Positions 45,066 to 53,939 of a DNA stretch of 64,000 nt are shown here, piece after piece (the first letter of the stretch is position 1; every line of letters begins with the position of its first letter). The stretch is from NCBI RefSeq assembly GCF_937951745.1, contig NZ_CALFBQ010000057.1:11796-75795 (forward strand), in the 5' to 3' direction. The translations under genes were made by a program, and so were the position numbers. Origin of the DNA: an uncultured Chloroflexus sp. (GTDB lineage: Bacteria; Chloroflexota; Chloroflexia; Chloroflexales; Chloroflexaceae). The notes below the pieces were generated by a model, which worked only from the letters and a program-made list of their open reading frames with translations, had not been told where the DNA came from and searched no databases.

Positions 45066-45578
45066 ATGCAGTTCTATCGCCGGGCAATGGTCCTTCTCAT
45101 CGGGGTATTGCTGCTTATCGCGCCAACCCTGACCATAGCACAAGGCACTGCCAGCCTCACCGGCACCATTACCTACTACGAACGGATAGCGTTGCCGGCT
45201 GATGCGCTCGTGACCTTGCAAATTGCCGAAGTGACTGCTAGCGGCACAGCCGGACGGGTGATTGTTGAACAGACATTTGCCACTAGTGGCGCACAGGCGC
45301 CGTTCCGCTTTAATCTTACCTACAACCCGGCGGTAATCGACGCCGGACGGGTGTACACCCTCCGAGGCTACATTCGATCTGGCGGCAACACACTTTTTGC
45401 TACTGATGGGATCATTCCGGTAATCACCGGCAACGCACCCCGCAGCGATCTGAGCGTGGTTATGGTCACTGCCCGCAGCGTCAATCTGCCGGCTGCCGGC
45501 AGCGAACTGTGGTTGGTGTGGCTGGCGATCGGGTTAGGTATTGCTGGCGGCATTGTGCGGATGGTGCGATTACGCTAG
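45066..45578 (+). CDS. YbaY-like (YscW-type) secreted/lipoprotein-family protein with C-terminal TM
   Basis: Signal-like N-terminus. The segment SLTGTITYYERIALPADALVTLQIAE...APFRFNLTYNPAVIDAGRVYTL resembles E. coli YbaY. Confidence 0.65.
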   Translation: MQFYRRAMVLLIGVLLLIAPTLTIAQGTASLTGTITYYERIALPADALVTLQIAEVTASGTAGRVIVEQTFATSGAQAPFRFNLTYNPAVIDAGRVYTLRGYIRSGGNTLFATDGIIPVITGNAPRSDLSVVMVTARSVNLPAAGSELWLVWLAIGLGIAGGIVRMVRLR

Positions 45579-46316
45579 CAATTGGGGCTGCGGGTTGGCA
45601 GCCGATTGCTTGCGGGGCACGCGCAATTGATAACCGACACCGCGTTCGCACACCAGATACCTTGGATTCTTCGGATCACGCTCGATCTTCGATTGCAGAT
45701 AGTACATCCGCCCCCGCAATAAATGGCGCGACTCCTCTTCGTCATAATGTGACGGGTAGAGGAGCTGTGCCAGTTCTTTGTACTGGCAGAGACGGCCATT
45801 CGCATCGTAAAGGTATTGCAACAGCTTCAATTCATCTTTGCTCAAACGCACTTCGCGGTGGCCGAGGTAAAGCCGGCGCTGGATGGGATCGATTGCGAAC
45901 AAACCGGGCGAATCAGCCTCGATATGGTCAGTGGCAAGCACAACCCTATCGTCAGCGACGGGTGTAGGCCGAACGATTGCCTCTAGCAACGTATGTGGCA
46001 CCGGATACGGCAACCAGAGAACGTATGCTAGCCAACTGGCATTGAGGGCCATAAACAACCACAGGTCGCCGCCGGCCAGCACAATCTTCTGATGCGGCGA
46101 GAGGGTGCTACTGATTATTTTCAAATCGCTTTGTGGATCTGAAAAAAGCGTAGCATTAGCAATACAGATAGCGATTCGCTGATCGTTGAGATAATGCGCC
46201 ATCAGCCGGGCATCGGTTGTTGCCAACACGGGCCATTGCCATTCGTGTAAGCGGTTCACCAACGTTGTGCGACTGGCATTATCGTAGTCAAGGAGCAACG
46301 CGATACCACGGCTCAT
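45570..46316 (-). CDS. OmpR-family DNA-binding protein with degenerate (Asp-less) receiver domain
   Basis: Receiver-like N-terminus, but the phospho-acceptor position reads IAICIANATLF. The C-terminal trans_reg_C domain is present (RLSKDELKLLQYLY...LRGRMYYLQSKIE...LVCERGVGYQL). I chose the start at ATG 46316, downstream of a good promoter. Confidence 0.65.
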   Translation of the reverse strand: MSRGIALLLDYDNASRTTLVNRLHEWQWPVLATTDARLMAHYLNDQRIAICIANATLFSDPQSDLKIISSTLSPHQKIVLAGGDLWLFMALNASWLAYVLWLPYPVPHTLLEAIVRPTPVADDRVVLATDHIEADSPGLFAIDPIQRRLYLGHREVRLSKDELKLLQYLYDANGRLCQYKELAQLLYPSHYDEEESRHLLRGRMYYLQSKIERDPKNPRYLVCERGVGYQLRVPRKQSAANPQPQLLA

Positions 46317-46360
46317 AATATGAATGGCTCCATATGTGATTGAAAGGCTGCTTGGCGGGT

Positions 46361-46389
46361 AGTATAGGCAGAAAGAGAAATTTGTGCAA
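46361..46389 (-). promoter_or_regulatory. sigma-70-like promoter (TTGCAC-17-TATACT) for the Asp-less OmpR-like gene
   Basis: Minus strand ttgcac (46389-46384), 17-nt spacer, tatact (46366-46361). Confidence 0.5.
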
Positions 46390-46428
46390 ACGAACACGAA
46401 TATCGTATGTAGATGCAAAGCGAAGATT

Positions 46429-47668
46429 TCATGTCTTTTTTGAAATGAACCTACGTAACTGCTGACCTGCATTGGCCAATTGGCGCTGACGAGTGCGCTG
46501 ATGGCGGGCCAGAATTCCCATCTGTTTGCGGTATTTGGTAATAGTACGCCACGCAACCGCATATCCCTGCGCAGCTAACCGTTGGGACAGTTCTTCATTG
46601 CTTAGCGGGTAGGATTCAGTTGCATTCAGCTCACGTAATGCCTCTTGCATCGGTCTTGCCTCGGCGAAGAAGTTATCAAGCGGCGCCAACGCGCAGTTAG
46701 GCAGTAATGCCCATTTGCCAGCTACCGCGCGACATACGGTTGAAACGTGCAGGCCAAGGTCTTGGGCAAGTTAGGTGCGGCTGCGCGGAGCTATCTGAAC
46801 TGGTCCACAACGCAACCATGCTGCTTGCCGGATCGCCAGCATGGTGCCAATGCGACACAGCGTATCATAACGGCGTTACAAGCTCTGCAAAAAGATGCGC
46901 GCGCGCAAGGAACTGGCGGACATGTTCGCGTTCAGTTGCTGAGAACACAGCGGCGCGTGTATCCAGCTCGGAATCGACAGGATTGACACCGAGCCGATGC
47001 TGCGGGCGGATTGGCATTTCAAACTCTGAAGCCGGCAGCACGAGGCTTGAAGATCAGATCGGCAGACAAGCGCCCTCACCGTTCTTCGCTTGGTCAGATA
47101 TGAGAATGGCCATGACCGCGTAGCGCCGGATCAACACGCCTACTACGACCGCCGATTCCGGCAATTCGCTCCATACCAACACCTCGGACGTATCTACCCG
47201 TAACAACGACCTGCGCCACTGGTTCGCGGACAATGAGCAATAAGCGCTGTCGGCTACCCTAACTCCAGCGTTGAACCAAGCCGCAGAGCTTGGCAGCAGC
47301 GTGGTCAAAACAGATGATGCTAGGCCCGCTCAGGCAGTGCGATGCGAGCAAAAGCTTACCAACCGGATCGAGTGGTAGATGGGAATTGAGTTGCGGTAAT
47401 GCCTGTTCTTACCACGCCCGATCGTTCTCATGCCAGTGAATCTAGACGACCACCCCAAAGCTCCTTTGCCGTGGTCGATTGGCGCGTTGTAGGGTAGGTG
47501 TAGCATAAAGCAACGGATTGGCGAGACCTGTATTAGAAAAACGAGAGACGGTACAACATCAATTTTCTTGTCTGCGCGTGTGAGTGCCGCATAACCGAAC
47601 CATCTGTTGCCCTACCACCCCACCGCACGCAGCGGCCAACCGGTCACCGGTTGCTGAATCTTCACCAT
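46429..47668 (-). pseudogene. rpoN: decayed RNA polymerase sigma-54 factor gene
   Basis: Minus-strand translation gives the RpoN box (YPLSNEELSQRLAAQGYAVAWRTITKYRKQMGI), the HTH region (LAQDLGLHVSTVCRAVAGKW...LDNFF), and ARIFLQSL*RRYDTLCRIGTMLAIRQAAW. In-frame stops lie at 46876-46878 and 46771-46773, and frame changes occur upstream. See findings. Confidence 0.7.
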
Positions 47669-47692
47669 CCGTGCCTCCAGAATATGTGTTTC

Positions 47693-47721
47693 TTTACAAA
47701 ATGAGATAACGTATCTATAAT
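47693..47721 (+). promoter_or_regulatory. sigma-70-like promoter (TTTACA-17-TATAAT) for bchH paralog 2
   Basis: tttaca at 47693-47698, 17-nt spacer, tataat at 47716-47721. A second tataat lies at 47731-47736. The region is AT-rich. Confidence 0.5.
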
Positions 47722-47834
47722 GACATATCATATAATGAAAAATAGCTTCTTGGACAAAGGTTGAATCCACAAACGTGACGGCGCCGGCGCGCCGTACCAT
47801 TGCGTCGCTGCACCAACTAGCAAGGAGATCTGCT

Positions 47835-50800
47835 ATGCGCTTCGTGTTCATGTGTATCGAAGCCAACAACGCTCCCGCGCTGCGCAAGGCGGCGGCGGCA
47901 ATCGAACGCGAATACGGTCTGCGGTTAGCGATTGATTTCTTTACCCCGCCCGATATGCGCACCGCCGCCGATTGGGAGCGGTTGGCCGCTGCGGTGGCAC
48001 GAGCTGATTTTGTCTTTGGCTCAATGCTCTTCGGCGAAGAGTATATCCGCCCCTTGAGCGAAATTTTGGCAACCGCGTCGTGCCCGGTTTGCATGATCAT
48101 GAGTAGCCCCTCGCTGATTAAGCAGACGCGCATTGGCAAGTTTGATCTCCGCCCCAAACCCGCCGCCGAACAGAGCGCCTTCCGCCAGTGGCTGAGCCAA
48201 TTCCAACCCAAACACGGTCACGGCGAGATTCAGCGCCAGATGTCGCTGGTGCGCGGCCTGAGCAAGATGTTGAAGTTTTTGCCCGGCAAGGCGCGCGATA
48301 TCCATAGCTATGTCATAGCGCACCAGTTCTGGGCCGCTAGCACGCCCGAAAATCTGCGCCGGTTGCTACTGCTGTTCATCGAACGCTATGTACCCGGCTA
48401 TAAAGGCAAGCTGCCGGTACTTGATCCGCAGGATATTCCCGAATTCGGTGCGTTTCACCCTGATGCACCAGAGCCGTTTGCTGATTTGGCCGCTTACCGC
48501 GCTTGGCGGCGCAAGCAGCGCCAGAAATTTACTGGTGGCACGGTCGGGTTACTGACCATGCGCCCGTTTGCGCTGTCGGGCAATAGCGCCCATCTCGAAG
48601 CGCTGATCCGCGCGCTTGAGGCCCGTGGCATCGAAGTGCGCGCCGCCTATAGCCCGACGCTCGATATGCGCCCCACGGTCGAGCGTTTCTTTACCGATGC
48701 CGTCCGCGCTCGCCGCCACGAGCCGCCGGCTGATGTTGATCTGATTGTCAATACTACCGGTTTCGCTCTCGTCGGTGGGCCGGCCAGCACCGATCCCGTC
48801 CAAGCCAGCGCTATCCTCGACCAGCTCGATACACCGATACTCGATCTGTTCCCGCTGGTCTTTCAGCACATTGAGCAGTGGCGCAGCGATGATCGCGGGA
48901 TTGCGCCATTCCAACTGGCGCTCAATGTGTCGCTGCCCGAACTCGACGGCGCAACCGATCCGCTGGTAATCGGCGGTATGCCGCGCGGTCGCGAAGATGT
49001 GATCCCGCTGCCCGCCGAAATTGAACTAGCCGCCGACCGGATTGCAGGCCGGGTGGCACTACGCCGCACGCCCCCGTCCGAACGGCGGATCGCGATTACC
49101 CTGTTCAATTTCCCGCCTAATCTCGGCAACGCCGGTACTGCCGCTTATCTCGATGTCTTTGCCAGTGTTTTCCGCCTGATGCAAGAGCTGCGCGCCGCCG
49201 GGTATACGGTCGAATTGCCGCCGAGCGCTGATGATTTGCGCCGGCTGGTGGTCGAAGGTAACGCTCTGCTGCACGGCACCGACGGTAACGTCGCCGATTC
49301 GTTGCCAGTTGAAGAGTACCGCCGCCTCTTCCCCGATTATGTCGATATCGAACCGTATTGGGGGCCGGCCCCCGGCCAGTTACTCAGCGACGGCAAGCGG
49401 CTCCATATCCTTGGCCGCCGCTTTGGGAATGTGTTTGTCGGTCTGCAACCCAGCTTCGGCTACGAGCGCGACCCGATCCGGCTGTTGATGAGCAAGGACG
49501 CCGCCCCACACCATGGCTTTGCCGCATATTACGTCTGGTTGCGCAAGGTGTTCAAAGCCCACGCTGTGCTCCATTTCGGCACCCACGGTGCGCTTGAGTT
49601 TATGCCCGGCAAGCAGGCCGGCCTCAGCGCGCAGTGCTGGCCATTGCGCTTGCTCGGTGGCTTGCCTAACGTGTACTACTACTGCGTCAATAATCCCAGC
49701 GAAGGCAGCATTGCCCGCCGGCGCGGCATGGCGACGCTGGTCAGCTATCTGGTACCGCCGGTGCAACAGGCCGGTCTCTACAAAGGGTTGCGCGCACTCA
49801 AAGACAGCATCGATCGCTACCGAGCCTATCCCGACCCGGCTTTGATCGACGACCTACGCGCCCAAGCCGAGGCACTGAATATTGCGGTCAGCGGCGAGGG
49901 TGACGAGTATGTCGCCGCGCTCGGCCACGAACTGTTGCAGGTCGAGCAGCGGATGATTCCGGTCGGCTTGCACGTGCTCGGCCAACCACCCCAAGCGAGC
50001 GAGCAGGTCGATGTGCTGAGCCTAATTGCAACCTTTGCCCGCGTGCCGTGCGGCCATAACCAGCCGCCGCTCGAACCGCTGCCCCACATTGTTGGCCGCG
50101 CCTTGGGGGTTGACTACCCTGCTTTGACCGGACGCCTGCGCCACGATCCGGCGGCCCAAGCCCAGTATCGCCAGATCGAGGAAATCTGCCGCGCAGCGGT
50201 AACGGCGCTAGTTGAGCACGGCACAGGCCACGCCGCCGATGAAGCGTTGGCTCGCCACGTGAAGCTGCCGCACGGCCAGCTTACGCCACTGTGGGACTAC
50301 TTGCTCGACATTCAACGTCGTATGACCACCGAGCGCGAAATTAGCGGTTTGTTGCGCGCGCTCAACGGCGGCTATGTGCTGCCTTCGGCAGGCAACGATG
50401 TGGTGCGCAACCCGTCGGTCGTGCCCACTGGCCGCAACATCCACGCCTTTGATCCGTTCCACATACCAGCTCCGGCTGCCGCCGCCGCCGGTATGGCCAT
50501 CGCCAACGAGCTACTCGAACGGGTACGCGCCGAACAGGGAGCCTACCCCGAAACGGTGGCGATGGTGTTGTGGGGCACCGATAATATCAAGACCGAGGGT
50601 GAGGGGATCGCACAGGCGCTGGCGTTGGTCGGCGCGCGCGCTGTCGCTGACGAACTAGGCCGGATCACCACGGTCGAGCTGATCCCGCTGGCCGAGTTAG
50701 GCCGCCCGCGCATTGATGTGGTGCTGACGGTGAGCGGCATCTTCCGCGATCTGTTCGCCGCGCAGGCTGCGTTGCTCGATCGTGCCATCCGCATGGCCGC

Positions 50801-51620
50801 TACCGCCGATGAACCGCCAGAGTACAACTTCGTGCGCGCCCATGCACTGGCGCAAGCTGCTGAATTGGGTTTGAGCGTCGAAGCGGCGGCGACTCGTGTC
50901 TTCTCAAACGCTTCCGGCAGCTATGGCGCCAACGTCAACCATCTGGTCGAGAGCAGCACGTGGGAGGAAGATGGCCAGTTGGCCGAAGCCTTCATGACTC
51001 GCAAGAGCTTCGCCTTCCAACCCGGCGGCGAATGGAGTGAAGCGCGCGCTGTGATGGAAAAGGCGTTGGCAACGGTGAGCGTCACCTTCCAAAATGTCGA
51101 TAGCGTTGAGAATGGGATCAGCGACATCGACCACTACTACGAGTACCTCGGCGGTCTGACCAAGAGCGTTGAGAAGACCCGTGGTGTGCGACCGACGGCG
51201 CTCATGGGTGAAGTAGCCGAGCTGGTCACACCGGGGGCCAGTCGGGTGCGCTCGCTTGAGCAGATGGTGCGGATCGAAAGCCGGGCCAAGTTGCTCAACC
51301 CGAAATGGTACGAAGGTATGCTCAAGCACGGCTACGAAGGCGTGCATGAGATCGAGATTCGGGTCAGCAACACCTACGGCTGGAGCGCCACCGCCCAAGC
51401 GGTTGACGGTTGGGTCTACCAAGGCGTCGCCGAAACTTACCTGCTTGATCCAGAGATGCGCGAGCGGCTCGCCAGTCTCAACCCGCACGCCACCGCCGGC
51501 ATCGCCGGTCGCCTGCTCGAAGCTCACAATCGCGGCTTCTGGCAAGCCGACGACGCCACCCTTGAGCAGTTGCGCGAGATCTATGCTGACCTCGAAGATC
51601 GGTTGGAGGGGGTGCGCTAA
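47835..51620 (+). CDS. bchH: magnesium chelatase H subunit (BchH/ChlH-type), paralog 2
   Basis: 1261 aa from ATG 47835 (aaggag SD). Same family and same C-terminal signature as paralog 1 (LNPKWYEGMLKHGYEGVHEI...WQADDATLEQLREIYADLEDRLEGV). Confidence 0.85.
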   Translation: MRFVFMCIEANNAPALRKAAAAIEREYGLRLAIDFFTPPDMRTAADWERLAAAVARADFVFGSMLFGEEYIRPLSEILATASCPVCMIMSSPSLIKQTRIGKFDLRPKPAAEQSAFRQWLSQFQPKHGHGEIQRQMSLVRGLSKMLKFLPGKARDIHSYVIAHQFWAASTPENLRRLLLLFIERYVPGYKGKLPVLDPQDIPEFGAFHPDAPEPFADLAAYRAWRRKQRQKFTGGTVGLLTMRPFALSGNSAHLEALIRALEARGIEVRAAYSPTLDMRPTVERFFTDAVRARRHEPPADVDLIVNTTGFALVGGPASTDPVQASAILDQLDTPILDLFPLVFQHIEQWRSDDRGIAPFQLALNVSLPELDGATDPLVIGGMPRGREDVIPLPAEIELAADRIAGRVALRRTPPSERRIAITLFNFPPNLGNAGTAAYLDVFASVFRLMQELRAAGYTVELPPSADDLRRLVVEGNALLHGTDGNVADSLPVEEYRRLFPDYVDIEPYWGPAPGQLLSDGKRLHILGRRFGNVFVGLQPSFGYERDPIRLLMSKDAAPHHGFAAYYVWLRKVFKAHAVLHFGTHGALEFMPGKQAGLSAQCWPLRLLGGLPNVYYYCVNNPSEGSIARRRGMATLVSYLVPPVQQAGLYKGLRALKDSIDRYRAYPDPALIDDLRAQAEALNIAVSGEGDEYVAALGHELLQVEQRMIPVGLHVLGQPPQASEQVDVLSLIATFARVPCGHNQPPLEPLPHIVGRALGVDYPALTGRLRHDPAAQAQYRQIEEICRAAVTALVEHGTGHAADEALARHVKLPHGQLTPLWDYLLDIQRRMTTEREISGLLRALNGGYVLPSAGNDVVRNPSVVPTGRNIHAFDPFHIPAPAAAAAGMAIANELLERVRAEQGAYPETVAMVLWGTDNIKTEGEGIAQALALVGARAVADELGRITTVELIPLAELGRPRIDVVLTVSGIFRDLFAAQAALLDRAIRMAATADEPPEYNFVRAHALAQAAELGLSVEAAATRVFSNASGSYGANVNHLVESSTWEEDGQLAEAFMTRKSFAFQPGGEWSEARAVMEKALATVSVTFQNVDSVENGISDIDHYYEYLGGLTKSVEKTRGVRPTALMGEVAELVTPGASRVRSLEQMVRIESRAKLLNPKWYEGMLKHGYEGVHEIEIRVSNTYGWSATAQAVDGWVYQGVAETYLLDPEMRERLASLNPHATAGIAGRLLEAHNRGFWQADDATLEQLREIYADLEDRLEGVR

Positions 51621-51736
51621 GCGCCAAACCTGCCTTAGCGACGGCCCTGCGGGGTCGTCGCTACTTGACATGCTGCCCCTGCTCTACTACACTGGCAACG
51701 CGTTGCCTCGCAGAGCGCCAGAGTAAGGAGCAGCGC

Positions 51737-52699
51737 ATGGCGCGGATCGTCGCAGTTATCAATCTCAAAGGCGGGATCGGCAAGACCACCACAGTTGTCA
51801 ATCTCAGCGCCGGGTTGGCGCTGAAAGGGGCGCGGGTATTGTTGATCGACATCGACGCGCAGGGCAATTTGTCCATGGCGCTCGGTGTGCGCGCGCGCCG
51901 CACCCTCTACGAAGCGATCGTCGATCATAAACCGCTGACCGATCTGCGGATCAGCGCACGCCCCAACCTCGACCTCGTCGCCGCCGATGAGTCATTGCTG
52001 CTCGCCCAGCAAGCCATTGCCGGACGCGCCGATTGGGTGCGGGTGCTCGAACAACTGGTGCGCCCGTTGCGCTCGGAATATGACTTTATCTTCTTCGATT
52101 GCGGCGGTTCGCTGACGGTGCTGAATCAAAATGCGTTGATGGCCGCCACCGAAGTAATCGTGCCTACCACCGTCGAACCCTTCTCGGTGCGCGGCTTGGA
52201 AAAGCTGATCGCTCAAATTGCGCGGGTGAAGGGCAGCACTAGCGTGGTGCGTGCAATCATTCCCACCATGGTCGATCCACGGATGAAGCAATCGATTGAA
52301 CTGCTCGCACACCTCAACCGCACCTATGGCCAGCTTGTCATGCCGCCGGTACGAGTGAACGTGCGCTTATCGGAAGCTTCGGCAGTGGGAAAGACGATCT
52401 ACGAACACGATCCGCGCTCACGCGGCGCGCTTGACTATGCCCAGATCGTTGAATTACTCAGCAAAGCGTGGAGTTTCCAACCCAAACAAACCGCGCCGGC
52501 CTCGCCATCATCGAGCCAAGCCCATCCGGTGGCGCCGGCAGCGCGCCCTGAACCGGTTGTGACCGGCGGCGGCGAAGTGCAAACCAACGTGTGCCCCAAC
52601 TGCGGGCATACGCTCCAGCGTGCTACGGTTGCCGGATACCGCATCACCTACTGCGTCAACTGCCGCTATCGCCGGCAAGAGCTGATCAACGGTAGCTAA
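51737..52699 (+). CDS. ParA/Soj-family ATPase with C-terminal zinc-ribbon extension
   Basis: Deviant Walker A (NLKGGIGKTTT) and DIDAQGN. After about 255 aa comes a Pro/Ala linker, then CPNCGH...YCVNCRY. I chose the ATG at 51737 (aaggag SD). Confidence 0.85.
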   Translation: MARIVAVINLKGGIGKTTTVVNLSAGLALKGARVLLIDIDAQGNLSMALGVRARRTLYEAIVDHKPLTDLRISARPNLDLVAADESLLLAQQAIAGRADWVRVLEQLVRPLRSEYDFIFFDCGGSLTVLNQNALMAATEVIVPTTVEPFSVRGLEKLIAQIARVKGSTSVVRAIIPTMVDPRMKQSIELLAHLNRTYGQLVMPPVRVNVRLSEASAVGKTIYEHDPRSRGALDYAQIVELLSKAWSFQPKQTAPASPSSSQAHPVAPAARPEPVVTGGGEVQTNVCPNCGHTLQRATVAGYRITYCVNCRYRRQELINGS

Positions 52700-52809
52700 A
52701 GCCAGAGCACTGGCCGCTATCCCGCTAACATCACCCGTGGGCGCGCCGTCCACGCCCCGATTACCAGCATACGTACCCTGCGCCGTAAGGATATTGCGCT
52801 GCAATGTTC

Positions 52810-53904
52810 CTACCGCGTCACCAATTGCCGGCCAACCCACTCGACTGCCCCAGCGAGATCGCTGAAGACGTGCGAAATCGGCAACTCAATGCCAAGACTC
52901 ACCATTGTCTGCGCCACTTCAGGTCGCACCCCGACCAGCGCCACCTCCGCCCCTAGCAAGCGCACGCTCTGCACCAGTTGCATCATCCCAGCGGCAACCT
53001 CAGTATCAATCACCGGCACGCCGGTCACATCGAGGATCAACCAACGCACGCGCTGCTGCTCGATCTGGGCCAACGCTTGCTCTTGAGTCAGCGTCAACCG
53101 ATCGCGATCAATGGTACCCACCAACGGCATCACCAACGCCTGTTTGCCCACCGGCAGCACTGGCACGCTCAGATCGCGGATCACGTCACGTTGCGCAATC
53201 ACTTCAGCCAGTAGGCGACTCTGGGCGACAGCGCGATCTTCAAGCTCGCGCAGCGCCTCTTGCAACGCTTCAGTTTGGGCTTCTACCCGCCGGTCAAGCT
53301 CCTCGTTCATGAGCTGCAACTGCGTTGCCGCTTGTCGGGTTTGTTGCAATGCAGCCTGCAAACGATGATAGAGCTTTTCATTACCGGCGCTCTGGACGAA
53401 ACTAATAACCGCGACAAAGCTCACTAACATGCTGGTCGTCACTAAAAAATCGGGTAATGGCAACGAAATAATTGCTGACTCAGCCAAAAATGCGATGCTC
53501 ACTAATCCAATTAGCACTGCTACCGTTACAACGATAACATCGCGAAACCGTAGAATCGTTGCTGCTAGCACCAACGGCACGACAATAAACACGGCAACCG
53601 GACGATCAGGATGAAATATCGTAGCAGAAATGGTTCCAATCAATGAAACCACAACGGTCAGCCAACCGGCAAGATCAACATACCCCATGCGGGTCATGCC
53701 AATGATCGCGATGTAGAGCGCGGCGCCAAACCCAGTCGGGATCAAGAGTACAATCAGTTCTGGGAAAGAAATGACAATTGAAACCGCAATGAGCACATTG
53801 ATGACAAACAAGGCCAGCCCGATAATGGCAATATTTCGTCCTCGCTGGCGGACTTCTTCATCAGAGTGGCGGATGTCGAGCAGGATAGAGAAGAAGCGTT
53901 TCAT
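52810..53904 (-). CDS. integral membrane protein with coiled coil and C-terminal STAS domain (RsbR-like output)
   Basis: About 6 TM helices, a coiled-coil segment (LQQTRQAATQLQLMNEELDRRVEAQTEALQEAL), and a STAS domain (VLPVGKQALVMPLVGTIDRDR...ILDVTGVPVIDTEVA). Confidence 0.7.
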   Translation of the reverse strand: MKRFFSILLDIRHSDEEVRQRGRNIAIIGLALFVINVLIAVSIVISFPELIVLLIPTGFGAALYIAIIGMTRMGYVDLAGWLTVVVSLIGTISATIFHPDRPVAVFIVVPLVLAATILRFRDVIVVTVAVLIGLVSIAFLAESAIISLPLPDFLVTTSMLVSFVAVISFVQSAGNEKLYHRLQAALQQTRQAATQLQLMNEELDRRVEAQTEALQEALRELEDRAVAQSRLLAEVIAQRDVIRDLSVPVLPVGKQALVMPLVGTIDRDRLTLTQEQALAQIEQQRVRWLILDVTGVPVIDTEVAAGMMQLVQSVRLLGAEVALVGVRPEVAQTMVSLGIELPISHVFSDLAGAVEWVGRQLVTR

Positions 53905-53939
53905 ACGTTGTACAGAACAGTTGCAAAAACGATTGTTCG

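Noticed and set aside
46317-46562. N-terminal 82-codon extension of the OmpR-like ORF (listed 45570-46562)
   Set aside because: The extension runs through an AT-rich region containing a good promoter and overlaps the rpoN remnant. The receiver-like domain starts at ATG 46316.
47054-47400. Possible IS630/Tc1-like transposase remnant (LPQLNSHLPLDPVG... looked like LPxYSPxLNPIE)
   Set aside because: The whole of 46429-47668 aligns better, and colinearly, with RpoN (FDPVGV, PDVLV..NG, RpoN box). No inverted repeats or DDE motif are visible.
47612-48211. 199-aa minus-strand ORF overlapping the start of bchH paralog 2
   Set aside because: Most of it is antisense to bchH and its promoter. Only its last 18 codons (MVKIQQPVTGWPLRAVGW, with an SD) look meaningful, and I interpret those as the N-terminal remnant of the rpoN pseudogene.
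50904-51671. 255-aa minus-strand ORF
   Set aside because: It is antisense to the 3' end of bchH paralog 2. This is the same high-GC antisense artefact.
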